From NCBI GenBank assembly GCA_964588305.1, contig CAZPOP010000001.1, forward strand, positions 56,736 through 120,735: a stretch of 64,000 nt of DNA, in the 5' to 3' direction. Below are positions 9,872 to 19,289 of this stretch, piece after piece; the first letter of the stretch is position 1; the number at the start of each line of letters is the position of its first letter. The notes beneath the pieces are model-generated. The model saw nothing but the letters and a program-made list of their open reading frames with translations. It did not search any database and was not told the origin of the DNA. The stretch is from an uncultured Ignavibacteria bacterium. GTDB taxonomy: Bacteria; Zixibacteria; MSB-5A5; SM1-73. Both the position numbers and the translations under genes were made by a program.

Positions 9872-10852
9872 ATGCTGAAAACGACAGTTGTGGGAAACTA
9901 TCCTAAGATAACGGCGGACAAATCTGCTCCCAATCTCAGATCGGCGCTCAACAAGTTCGATCGAAATAAGATTTCCGAGGAGGAACTGGAGAGGGTTTAT
10001 CAGGAAACTATCCAGAGAGTGATAAGAGAACAGGAAGAGGCAGGCGTGGACCTGATCACCGACGGACAGATCAGGTGGGATGATCCGGTTACTCCATTTG
10101 CCAGAAATATCGATGGACTGGAGGTTGGTGGTTTGATTCGTTTTTTTGACAACAATGTTTATTACCGAAGACCTGTGGTCAAATCCAAGCTGGCATTCAA
10201 GGACTATTCAACCGTGGAGGAATTTGCATTCTTAAAACGGAACTCAACTAAGGAAGTCAAAGCAGTCATTGTCGGCCCGTTCACCTTTGCCAACCTTGCA
10301 AAGGATGAATACTATAACGACATTGACAAACTCACTTTGGATCTGGCCGAAATCCTGAAAAAAGAGGCAAAGAAGTTAGAGGAAGCGGGTGCAGAATTTA
10401 TTCAGATCGATGAGCCTTCATTATGCTTTTCACCCGAGAAGATCGATCTGGCAAATCAAGCAATTAAGGTCATTACCGACGGTTTGAAGGCCAAGACCTT
10501 CTTGTACCTTTATTTCGGGGGGATCAAAAATCTGATTCCCGCACCTTTTGATTTCCCGGTCGACGGGATCGCAATCGACGTTGTCAGCAGACCTGAGAAT
10601 CTTGATCTTATATTGGAAGGTTCATTTGACAAGGAACTTGTCTTGGGCTGTTTGGATGCAAGGAACACAAGGTTGGAGGAAGAAGAGGAGCTTTTGAAGC
10701 TATTCCAGAGAACAACTCAGAAGATTTCCAGTGAGAGGATATACGTCAGTCCATCCTGCGGGCTGGAGTTTCTGCCTCATGAGGCGGCACTCGCGAAATT
10801 GAAAAGGATGGTGCAGTCGGCAAAGAAGTTCAATCTCGGCGGAGACGATTGA
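9872..10852 (+). CDS. MetE-like (UROD/MetE superfamily) protein lacking the zinc-ligand His-x-Cys; resembles MetE N-terminal (folate-binding) domain
   Basis: Clear similarity to cobalamin-independent methionine synthase domains (VGNYPK, DGQIRWDD, IQIDEP, SPSCGLEF). The position of the HxC zinc motif reads FLYLYFGG. Confidence 0.6.
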   Translation: MLKTTVVGNYPKITADKSAPNLRSALNKFDRNKISEEELERVYQETIQRVIREQEEAGVDLITDGQIRWDDPVTPFARNIDGLEVGGLIRFFDNNVYYRRPVVKSKLAFKDYSTVEEFAFLKRNSTKEVKAVIVGPFTFANLAKDEYYNDIDKLTLDLAEILKKEAKKLEEAGAEFIQIDEPSLCFSPEKIDLANQAIKVITDGLKAKTFLYLYFGGIKNLIPAPFDFPVDGIAIDVVSRPENLDLILEGSFDKELVLGCLDARNTRLEEEEELLKLFQRTTQKISSERIYVSPSCGLEFLPHEAALAKLKRMVQSAKKFNLGGDD

Positions 10853-10870
10853 CCAACTGAAGAGGTTGTG

Positions 10871-11836
10871 ATGTTGCTTACTACCACAGTGGGAAGCTTT
10901 CCCAAACCCGATTATCTGGTCAAAGCAAGGAATCTGTTCAGCCGGAAAAAGATCAGCGAAGATGAACTGAGGGAGCTGGAGAGGAAAGCTACGCGCGAGA
11001 TTATAAAACTCCAAGAGGGAATAGGCCTGGATATTCTGGTGCACGGCGAGATGGAACGCGCCGATATGGTGACCTTTTTTGCCGAGAGACTAGAGGGCTT
11101 CGGCATAAGTGGCCTGGTCCGTTCCTATGGCAACAGATACTACAAAAAACCAATTGCTAAAGGGAAGATCAAAAGAAATCATCCCATCGCCCTGGAGATG
11201 TTCCAATATGCGCAGAGCTTGACCCAAAAACCGGTAAAGGGAATGCTTACCGGTCCCTATACCATGTGCGACTGGTCCTTTAATGAATACTTTCCAACAC
11301 GGCGGGATTTGGTTTTGAATTTGGCAGAGGTGGTTCATCAGGAGGCTTTAGATCTGGATCACGCGGGAGCGAAATACATTCAGATAGACGAGCCAGCCAT
11401 CTCCACCCGTCCTTCGGAGATTGATCTGGCAATCGAGGCCATGAAGATCGTTACCGATGGTTTGAGGGCTAAGACCGTTTCTCACATCTGTTACGGAGAC
11501 TTCACCACCATCTATCCCAGGATTCTTAGTCTCGCGGTGGATCAACTGGATTTGGAGTTCGCCAATAACGACTTTGCCAATCTGGAGATTTTCAAGAATC
11601 CCCGCTTCACCAAAGAGATTGCCGTGGGCGTCATCGATGTGCATTCGCACGTGATTGAGACCAAGCAGAAGGTGAAAAGTAACATCAAAAGGGCGTTAGA
11701 GGTTTTTCCTCTGGAAAAGGTCTATATCGACCCGGATTGCGGCTTGAAGACCAGGACGCTGGAAGAGTCAGAGGCGAAGCTGAAGGTTATGGTGTCGGCT
11801 GTGAGGGAAGTTAAGGAAGAAATGGGGCTGAAATAA
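10871..11836 (+). CDS. Core cobalamin-independent methionine synthase (MetE C-terminal catalytic domain-like) with intact Zn ligands
   Basis: VGSFPKP, VHGEMERADMV, IQIDEPA and the SHICYGDF (H-x-C) and DPDCGLK Zn-ligand motifs. ATG at 10871, with an in-frame GTG at 10868. Confidence 0.7.
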   Translation: MLLTTTVGSFPKPDYLVKARNLFSRKKISEDELRELERKATREIIKLQEGIGLDILVHGEMERADMVTFFAERLEGFGISGLVRSYGNRYYKKPIAKGKIKRNHPIALEMFQYAQSLTQKPVKGMLTGPYTMCDWSFNEYFPTRRDLVLNLAEVVHQEALDLDHAGAKYIQIDEPAISTRPSEIDLAIEAMKIVTDGLRAKTVSHICYGDFTTIYPRILSLAVDQLDLEFANNDFANLEIFKNPRFTKEIAVGVIDVHSHVIETKQKVKSNIKRALEVFPLEKVYIDPDCGLKTRTLEESEAKLKVMVSAVREVKEEMGLK

Positions 11837-11837
11837 A

Positions 11838-13733
11838 ATGGCAGATCCATTTTTGGAAAGACTGAAAAAGGGAACCATGCTCTGCGACGGTGCCATGGGA
11901 ACTCTGCTTTACTCCCGAGGAACAGGATTCGAGCATCCCTTTGATGAGCTGAATCTGTCTAAGCCGGACATGGTTCAGAAAGTCCATCAGGATTATATCA
12001 AGGCCGGAGCAGAGATTATCGAGACCAACACGTTCGGAGGGAACAGATACAGGCTGGGCGCTCATGGGCTTCCGGGAAGAATCAGAGAGATCAACATCAG
12101 AGGAGCAGGTATTGCCCGGGAGGCACGAGAGATTGAGGGTGAACCTGTCTTTGTGGGCGGGTCGATCGGACCTCTGGGAAGACCGCTGGCTCCCATCGGA
12201 AAGATCACCTCAAAGCAGGCTTTTGAAGCGTTTCAGGAGCAGGCAGAAGCACTGGCTGAAGCCGGAGTGGATCTTTTCATAATCGAGACCTTTTCCGATT
12301 TGGTTGAAATCAAGGAAGCTATCAGAGCCGTAAGAGGAGCATCCAAGCTACCGATCATTGCCCAGATGACATTTACCGAGGAGGGTTTGACCTTGATGGG
12401 CCACACACCTTCCGGGATTGCCAAAGAGCTGGAAAAGATAGAGGTTGACGTCATTGGCGTCAATTGCAGCGTAGGCCCGCAAAGGGTTCTGGATGCAATT
12501 CACCAGATGAGAAAAGTCACCTCTTCCAAATTATCTGCTCAGCCCAATGCAGGATTCCCCAGGTTTGTGGACGGAAGATTCATATATCTTTCCTCGCCGG
12601 AGTATTTTGCAGAATATACCAAGAGATTTCTCAGCGCTGGGGTGGCGGTTTTGGGAGGTTGCTGCGGCACCACGCCTGAGCACATTCAAGCCATGGCCAA
12701 GGTGCTCAAAGAGAAAGAATCCGGCTCAAATGAAAATGCCGGAGTAATCGAAGTCGAAAGAGAGTTCGAGGAGCAAGTCACCGTAGAAGAGTTGATTGAA
12801 CCCTCGACTTTTGCTTCTAAACTGAAAGAGAAATTCGTGATCTCGGTGGAATTGGATCCTCCCCGCGGCGTGAATCCCAAAAAGGTTTTAAGGCAAGCTC
12901 AATTGATCAGGGACAGGGGCATCGATGCGGTGAACATAGCCGACAGCCCCATGGCCAGGGTCAGGATGGGCTGTCTTTCTTTGGCCGCTCTGGTCAAAGA
13001 GAAAGTAGGGCTGGAGGTTATTCTTCATCTGACCTGCCGGGACAGAAACCTTATGGGACTGCAGTCCGATCTGATGGGAGCGCACGCTTTGGGCATTCGG
13101 AGTATACTTGCCGTAACCGGCGATCCTCCCAGATTGGGAGATTACCCTCATGCCACGGCAGTCTATGACGTCGATTCCATAGGTTTGGTAAAGATAATCA
13201 AGAAGCTGAACCAGGGCACGGACTGGGCCGGCAACTCCATAGGCTCGCCCACCTCCTTTTGTACCGGGGTAGGCGCAAATCCGAATGCACTCGATTTTGA
13301 AAAGGAAATGGAGAGATTGAGGCAGAAAGTTGAAGCCGGTGCAGATTTCATCTTCACTCAACCTCTGTATGATAATGAAACCTTGAATGGTTTTTTGGAA
13401 AGAGCGCAAGGGTTGAATCTTCCTATTCTGGTGGGCCTGCTCCCCTTGCACAGCTTCAGACAGGCGGAGTTTTTGCATCATGAAGTCCCAGGCATTGCCA
13501 TCCCTCAGAACATACGAGACAGAATGAAAAGCGCGGGTGAAAGGGGAATAGAAGAAGGCATTACTATCGCCAGAGAATTCTTAGAAGAGATTAAACAGAG
13601 AATTTCCGGAGTTTATCTGGTTCCCTCCTTTGGAAAAGTCGAGTTGGCATTGGAAGTAGTAGAAGATATCTCCTTTTCAAAATACCTTTCCTCTCCACAA
13701 AGCGACGGGGGTAGAAACCCTTTCACAGCGTGA
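11838..13733 (+). CDS. Bifunctional homocysteine S-methyltransferase / methylenetetrahydrofolate reductase (YitJ-like fusion)
   Basis: The N-terminal half is an Hcy-binding S-methyltransferase domain (CDGAMGT, ETNTFGGN, GGCCGTTP). The C-terminal half is MetF-like (ILHLTCRDRN, AVTGDPP). Confidence 0.8.
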   Translation: MADPFLERLKKGTMLCDGAMGTLLYSRGTGFEHPFDELNLSKPDMVQKVHQDYIKAGAEIIETNTFGGNRYRLGAHGLPGRIREINIRGAGIAREAREIEGEPVFVGGSIGPLGRPLAPIGKITSKQAFEAFQEQAEALAEAGVDLFIIETFSDLVEIKEAIRAVRGASKLPIIAQMTFTEEGLTLMGHTPSGIAKELEKIEVDVIGVNCSVGPQRVLDAIHQMRKVTSSKLSAQPNAGFPRFVDGRFIYLSSPEYFAEYTKRFLSAGVAVLGGCCGTTPEHIQAMAKVLKEKESGSNENAGVIEVEREFEEQVTVEELIEPSTFASKLKEKFVISVELDPPRGVNPKKVLRQAQLIRDRGIDAVNIADSPMARVRMGCLSLAALVKEKVGLEVILHLTCRDRNLMGLQSDLMGAHALGIRSILAVTGDPPRLGDYPHATAVYDVDSIGLVKIIKKLNQGTDWAGNSIGSPTSFCTGVGANPNALDFEKEMERLRQKVEAGADFIFTQPLYDNETLNGFLERAQGLNLPILVGLLPLHSFRQAEFLHHEVPGIAIPQNIRDRMKSAGERGIEEGITIAREFLEEIKQRISGVYLVPSFGKVELALEVVEDISFSKYLSSPQSDGGRNPFTA

Positions 13734-14190
13734 GTAAGGCCAGCTCCGGTGGCGTTGGTGGGCTTGGTGACCTTGGTGATCTTCGTTTTGAAAATTTTCT
13801 TCCTCACTAATCATCTCCTCCTGTCTTTCCATATAGCTCCCTCTCAATAACAGGCGACCTATAGGTTTCACCACAAAAGTTGTGGGGAAAATGCTCGGCG
13901 TGGGTGAGTGTTCCCCAAGTCAGTGATGATTTTTCCCGGTTGACCAACCCAAGTCATATTGTCAGTGAAAAACACCGACAGGGAGTGGGGACAGGGGGTC
14001 TTTGTCCTGTAGTTGGACCCATTCAACGATTTATCTTGACTTTTGTTCGTCTCGCAATTATAGTTCTACGAAACTCGACGAGAGAGAGAAAGTGATTGAG
14101 ATAGAATAGGCTTTACGCGCTAGATAGAGACAAGAAACAGTTCCTTCACTATGGTTATTTAACATCGACAGGAGCCGTTGTACTGAAGCG

Positions 14191-15429
14191 ATGAGGACAG
14201 TAACAACAAATCAGGAAAAAAGTGCTAAGGTGTATTCAAGTCCTATGAGTCCACCCATTGTTTCAAGCGACGTAACGCCGGATACGCCGCTTGACAATAT
14301 GAACCTGAATTGGCGTGAGAAGGATTTACCTGAGAAAGAGCGGACAAAACACGTTCACAGGCTACATCCATACTTAGGTAAATTCATACCCCAACTGGTC
14401 GAAATCTTCCTCCGAAAATACTTCCTTCCTGGCCAAACGGTACTTGACCCATTTTGCGGATCGGGAACGACCTTGGTTCAAGCTAATGAGCTTGGGATCA
14501 ATGCGATAGGGTACGACATCTCTGCTTTTAACATACTAATTTGTCGTGCAAAGACGACCAAGTACAATGTCGAGAAGGCACGTGTTGAGGTGTTTGATAT
14601 ATTGAATAAGGTGCGTTCTTTGACCGGGACCAACAAGAATCAGGGAGACTTTTGGGACCAGAGTTTTGCTTCGCACCCGTTGTGTGAGTCAGCTAGTCGG
14701 TACCTAAGAAATTGGTTCGCACCGCAGGCCCTGCGTGAATTGCTAACGTATAGGCAACTGATCGATGAAGGGGACTATTCTTGCAGTGACTTACTTAAAG
14801 TTGTCCTATCTCGGTCTGCGAGGTCAGCTCGTATGACTACTCATTACAACCTTGATTTCCCTAAGGACCCGCAAAGGGAGCCATATTGGTGCCATAAGCA
14901 CGCGAGAACATGTCAACCCACAAAGGAAGCCTTCAAGTTTTTGAGGCGATATAGCATAGACACCATGAGAAGAATTGAGCAATACGCCGCGCTGCGGACG
15001 AACGCAAGAGTGATCGCTAGACACGTAGACAGCCGCCGTGAGAAATACCCAGCAATCGACGGGGTGATTACGAGTCCGCCATATGTCGGGTTGATTGACT
15101 ACCACGAGCAGCACATTTACGCTTATCACTTACTTGGACTTAATGAACGCCGTCATCACGAAATTGGGTCTGCGGCTAATGGGTCAAGCCAAAAGGCGAA
15201 GGAGGAGTATCAGCGAGACATTTGTGAGGTTTTTGCGCGGATTGTGAAATCGATGTCGAGAGGAGGCTATCTAATTGTTGTGGCGAACGATAAGGCAAAT
15301 CTGTATGGGAAGATAGCGGACATGGTGGGAGCGGAGGTGGAGGGGATTGTGGAACGTCACGTCAATCGCAGGACGGGTAGACGAGCGACTGATTTCTACG
15401 AGTCAGTTTTCATCTGGCGGAAAGGGTAA
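14191..15429 (+). CDS. DNA methyltransferase, N6_N4_Mtase family (motif IV SPPY suggests N4-cytosine)
   Basis: DPFCGSGTT AdoMet motif and TSPPY catalytic motif. Adjacent to a candidate endonuclease. Confidence 0.75.
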   Translation: MRTVTTNQEKSAKVYSSPMSPPIVSSDVTPDTPLDNMNLNWREKDLPEKERTKHVHRLHPYLGKFIPQLVEIFLRKYFLPGQTVLDPFCGSGTTLVQANELGINAIGYDISAFNILICRAKTTKYNVEKARVEVFDILNKVRSLTGTNKNQGDFWDQSFASHPLCESASRYLRNWFAPQALRELLTYRQLIDEGDYSCSDLLKVVLSRSARSARMTTHYNLDFPKDPQREPYWCHKHARTCQPTKEAFKFLRRYSIDTMRRIEQYAALRTNARVIARHVDSRREKYPAIDGVITSPPYVGLIDYHEQHIYAYHLLGLNERRHHEIGSAANGSSQKAKEEYQRDICEVFARIVKSMSRGGYLIVVANDKANLYGKIADMVGAEVEGIVERHVNRRTGRRATDFYESVFIWRKG

Positions 15430-15440
15430 CTCAAGAGAAT

Positions 15441-16280
15441 ATGCGGGCTATTAAGCGCAACACACGAGTTAAGATTAAAGCTTACCTTGAGGTTTTTGTT
15501 GAGAACCTTGTGAAGGAGTACAGGGGCCGCGTAATTCCACCGATTGGCTCAGCGAAGAAGTACTTGAGAAAGAAATCCTCGAAGGGACAGCTTAAACCTT
15601 TTCATGCTGCAATAATTCCGCATGGGTTGCTTCGCATCAATGAGTTTGAAAGAGGCTTCAGCACCGGCTTGGGGACAACATTTGAAGAATGTGCCCGTCT
15701 GATTGCACAAGACCATCATAGCGAAGCTCAACGAGGTTATAACCTCACGGCCACAGTGAGCAATGCAGCTGTAGAGGAGATTGACAGACAGGTAAGTGTT
15801 TTGGAGCACACAGTGGACATGAAAAACCGAAAGCCTTCCCTTCACGCGATGATTGAGGCTGTTATGGGCGCTCGAAGAGATGACGATTTGTCACAAAGGA
15901 CAAGCCGGGCGGATTTATATATCCTTGAGAAAGACGGTAACGAGCTGTTCTTTGAGATGAAATCTCCGATGCCAAACAAAGGACAGTGTCTGGAAGTTAC
16001 ACAACGAGTGCTGAGATTTCATTTGTTGCGGGGCTCCGGCCGCCCAGTGGTGAGTTCGTACTTTGCTATGGCTTATAATCCTTATGGGCCTAATCGGTCT
16101 GACTACAGGTGGTCATTTGCCTTGAACTACACGCCCTTTGATGAAATGATACTACTTGCTCAAGAATTCTGGGAGCTTGTAGGAGGCAGGACGGCCTATG
16201 AGGAATTGATAGAGATTTACCGCGAGGTAGGCCATGAAAAGGCAAAGTATATGGTTGATGCTTTGGCTTTCGGATTTTAG
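15441..16280 (+). CDS. Putative Type II restriction endonuclease (PD-(D/E)xK-like motif)
   Basis: The gene starts 9 nt downstream of the MTase stop. RADLYILEKDGNELFFEMKS fits a D...E.K nuclease core. No family was recognised by eye. Confidence 0.4.
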   Translation: MRAIKRNTRVKIKAYLEVFVENLVKEYRGRVIPPIGSAKKYLRKKSSKGQLKPFHAAIIPHGLLRINEFERGFSTGLGTTFEECARLIAQDHHSEAQRGYNLTATVSNAAVEEIDRQVSVLEHTVDMKNRKPSLHAMIEAVMGARRDDDLSQRTSRADLYILEKDGNELFFEMKSPMPNKGQCLEVTQRVLRFHLLRGSGRPVVSSYFAMAYNPYGPNRSDYRWSFALNYTPFDEMILLAQEFWELVGGRTAYEELIEIYREVGHEKAKYMVDALAFGF

Positions 16281-16296
16281 TAATCCATTCTCTAAT

Positions 16297-16322
16297 GCTT
16301 CGGGAATACGAACTCCCGAAGC
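16297..16322 (+). terminator. Perfect 9-bp-stem hairpin immediately after the endonuclease gene
   Basis: GCTTCGGGA atacgaac TCCCGAAGC. No clear U-tract follows, so this would be an atypical terminator. Confidence 0.3.
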
Positions 16323-16395
16323 TAAATGGGGTCAGTATTTCCCTCAACACAACTCTCTTTCGTCGCGGGCGCCCCGTCCGTGGCGCTGACAATAT

Positions 16396-16420
16396 GGTAA
16401 CGGACGAGGCGTCCGTTACC
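16396..16420. repeat. Perfect 11-bp-stem GC-rich palindrome
   Basis: GGTAACGGACG agg CGTCCGTTACC. Confidence 0.6.
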
Positions 16421-16643
16421 AACAGTAGGGAGCGGGTATCCACTCGAAAGGTCAAGCTGAAGGGACGGTTGAAAGAGTCCAAAAGATCGTCTTTGCGAGC
16501 GGAGCGAAGCAATCTCGCTCCATATAAATCAATGAGTTAGAGATTGCGTCGTCGTCCATACGGACTCCTCGCAACGACAAAAAAGGGGTTTTTCAAGAAT
16601 CCTTGACGCTTGACAGTCCAGAGTCTCTCATAGCAGACTCAAT

Positions 16644-19010
16644 TTACGGTTTCTTGTGAATCATGAAATCTAAGTCTATCTTTTTCCCATCCGTTTTGCA
16701 GATTATGGCTCCGGAATTCAAGGTTCGGTGATATTCGACTTGGGGAAATTCAAGTGCCATCAAGGTGGGAATCTTGTCCCTTTGATAACGGAGATAATGA
16801 CGGGTGAAGATAATCTTCTGAGGCCTTATCTTTTGAATCATTCTCTTTGTGTCCTCATAATCTCCCAACTCGGAGATAACCAGAACCTCACAGCCCGTTA
16901 TTCTGTCCCACGCAAAGCCCGAGTCAAACTCTAGCTTCTTCATTCCATCCAGGAGGCAAAAATCCAGATCCTTGCATGAAATCTTGACGATCTTGCCGTC
17001 AGGAGAGAATTGATATTTTCGAGTGCTGGAGTAATCAAACAAGGAAATGCTTAGTTCCTTTTGCTCATCTGAGATTTCCTTGATCGAGTCCAGAGAGATC
17101 ATTTTGTCCGACATTCTCTCGACGAAGCCCTCCTCAATTGCTTCTGCTGAACCATCAGACTGCGGCATCAACAGTTGTTCTATTTTGACCTCTTCAGCAA
17201 CGGATTTGGCTGAGTTGATATTTTCCCCACTGCCATCTGTGAGGATTAATCTGTCAATCTCTGTGATGCCATTCTTATACAAGAACGGAATGACAACGTA
17301 TTCTCCAGAATCGAAATCGCCCTCTTTATTGCCGGCGTTTATCACAAAGGTCTGATTATCAGGAAGCTCCATAACAGCACAACTTCCCTGCCCCACATCC
17401 AAGAAGGTCAGCTTGAGAAGATGGCTATCACTTGTCAACAGTCCTTTCCATGCAAAGACATTTCCAAATATCACCAGGGAGAAAATGATGGCTTTTCGCT
17501 TTTGAGCTATGGGGCTGAGCAGAAGCCATATAAACAGATAATAGACGATGAAGGTTAGAATCGAGGGGGACGCCACGGTTAGTTTCGTTATCGGCAAGGT
17601 GGCAAAGAAGGTGTTGAGCTTCAAAGTCAAATGCAGAAAAACCCAGTTGGAAGCAGAGAAGATGCTTGCCAAGCCTGAGCTGAAGATAGCAGAAAACAGG
17701 GTAAAACCGGAGAAGACAACGGACAGGCTTGCCAATGGAACTATGAACAGATTCGCGACGACCACAATCATGGGAACCGTATTGAAATAATAGGCCAGAA
17801 TGGGGAACAGAATGATCTCCACAGACAATGAAACCAGGCAGGGAAGAATTATCCAACGCCACAGCTTTTTATGGGATTTGCTCACATACTTTGCTAACAT
17901 TTCGCTTAGCTTTGGAACCAAGATAACGATGGCAAAAACCGAGGCGAAGGAAAGCTGGAAACCTACATCGAAGAGGAAAAGAGGAGAGAAAAGCAAGATT
18001 ACCAAAGCAGAGAATGAGACCAGATTTATCAGCTGCACATCTTTGTACAAAAGCACACCTAGTAGCATCACCGAAGCCATTATTCCTGCCCTCACCACAG
18101 GGGGATCATTGTGGACCAAATTGGAGAAGATAAAGATGCAGATCAAAGTTATAATGGTGGTGGGGATTTTGGGAACTCGCAGCAGGCTGAGAAGCGCAAA
18201 GATGATACCGACGACCAGCCACACGTTGGAACCGGAAACTACCAGGAGATGAACCGTGCCCGTGTCTCGGAACATGTCGTAGATGTCTTTGGGAATGTCT
18301 CTGGTTTCGCCCAGCAGGAATCCGGAAAGGAGCGCCTTGTGATTGCCGGAGAGGGTCTGGTCAAATACTCCCAATATCCATTTCCTCAAGGGAATAACTA
18401 TTTTGGACAACAATACACCGCCCGGTTCCTTGCTGATTACTTGAACCTTGTCCGCTCCGGACAAGGTCACCATGCCATGGATTCCCTTCCGGCTAAGATA
18501 CTTTCTGTAATCAAACGCGCCTGGGTTTCTTACCGGAGATGGCTCGTACAAGAATCCTTTGAATTCGATTCTGTCCGCATAGTCAAACCTGAAGGTCGGT
18601 TCTTTTATCTTCAGAATTATCTGTCCTGAAGTGGCTATCGTCTTCTTTCCCGTAGAGAGAGTCTGGGCCTGGACTTTTAGGAAAGTTTTGTTGACTCTTA
18701 CGTCCGGCTGATCTCCGATCTTGCCGGTTATGGTAACGGATCGATTTAGATTCAGGAAATTGCTTACGTGATTTGGGGGGAAATCCCTGGTAAGAACCTC
18801 GTATCTAAAGAATCCGGCTAAAATGATGGCAAGGACCATAAAAACGCTGGCGCTTTTTTGGTCTTTTCTTAGGAGAAAAAGAAGGCAAAACAGAAGAGAA
18901 AGAATCAGAATGGAAAATATAAGAGGCGTGGGAAGGTCAAAGTAACTGCCGATGAGAATCCCGGTTACAAAAAGGATCAGAGCATAAAAGGCAGGTCGTC
19001 TCATGTCCAA
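16644..19010 (-). CDS. comEC: DNA internalization competence protein ComEC/Rec2 (DUF4131 + competence + MBL-fold domains)
   Basis: 788 aa polytopic protein. The C-terminal region (LTFLDVGQGSCAV...) is a metallo-beta-lactamase fold. The N-terminal and membrane core are ComEC-like. Confidence 0.85.
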   Translation of the reverse strand: MDMRRPAFYALILFVTGILIGSYFDLPTPLIFSILILSLLFCLLFLLRKDQKSASVFMVLAIILAGFFRYEVLTRDFPPNHVSNFLNLNRSVTITGKIGDQPDVRVNKTFLKVQAQTLSTGKKTIATSGQIILKIKEPTFRFDYADRIEFKGFLYEPSPVRNPGAFDYRKYLSRKGIHGMVTLSGADKVQVISKEPGGVLLSKIVIPLRKWILGVFDQTLSGNHKALLSGFLLGETRDIPKDIYDMFRDTGTVHLLVVSGSNVWLVVGIIFALLSLLRVPKIPTTIITLICIFIFSNLVHNDPPVVRAGIMASVMLLGVLLYKDVQLINLVSFSALVILLFSPLFLFDVGFQLSFASVFAIVILVPKLSEMLAKYVSKSHKKLWRWIILPCLVSLSVEIILFPILAYYFNTVPMIVVVANLFIVPLASLSVVFSGFTLFSAIFSSGLASIFSASNWVFLHLTLKLNTFFATLPITKLTVASPSILTFIVYYLFIWLLLSPIAQKRKAIIFSLVIFGNVFAWKGLLTSDSHLLKLTFLDVGQGSCAVMELPDNQTFVINAGNKEGDFDSGEYVVIPFLYKNGITEIDRLILTDGSGENINSAKSVAEEVKIEQLLMPQSDGSAEAIEEGFVERMSDKMISLDSIKEISDEQKELSISLFDYSSTRKYQFSPDGKIVKISCKDLDFCLLDGMKKLEFDSGFAWDRITGCEVLVISELGDYEDTKRMIQKIRPQKIIFTRHYLRYQRDKIPTLMALEFPQVEYHRTLNSGAIICKTDGKKIDLDFMIHKKP

Positions 19011-19160
19011 TCTTTGGCCTGAACCATTTGGTTCGCACCTGAGAATCCAGGAACCTTGGAGTCAAAATCAATTGGTTGTGATCATTATAGGACTTGGGAA
19101 CCGATTGTCAAGAGATTGTTCTTGGGATTTTCTAGAGTGAGGGAATTGAGAAGGCTGCCT

Positions 19161-19213
19161 GCGAAGTGATAGGTCCTAACCGGGATAGGGGTACAACCCC
19201 TATCCCAACAAAG
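19161..19213. repeat. 53-nt repeat copy A containing the 25-bp perfect palindrome GGGATAGGGGtacaaCCCCTATCCC
   Basis: Lies in the comEC-gtrA divergent intergenic region. The palindrome is at 19182..19206. Confidence 0.8.
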
Positions 19214-19236
19214 TGACGAAACGGAGAAAGCGACAT

Positions 19237-19289
19237 GCGAAGCGACAGGTCCTTATTGGGACAGGGGTACAACCCCTGTCCCAACAAAG
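19237..19289. repeat. 53-nt repeat copy B containing the palindrome GGGACAGGGGtacaaCCCCTGTCCC
   Basis: Differs from copy A by a compensatory T:A to C:G change within the stem. The palindrome is at 19258..19282. Confidence 0.8.

Noticed and set aside
12888-13481. 197-aa minus-strand ORF
   Set aside because: Antisense within the YitJ-like fusion gene. Shadow ORF.
16090-16512. 140-aa minus-strand ORF after the endonuclease gene
   Set aside because: It overlaps the 3-prime end of the endonuclease ORF antisense and runs through the GC-rich palindromes. Arg/Ser-rich low-complexity translation.
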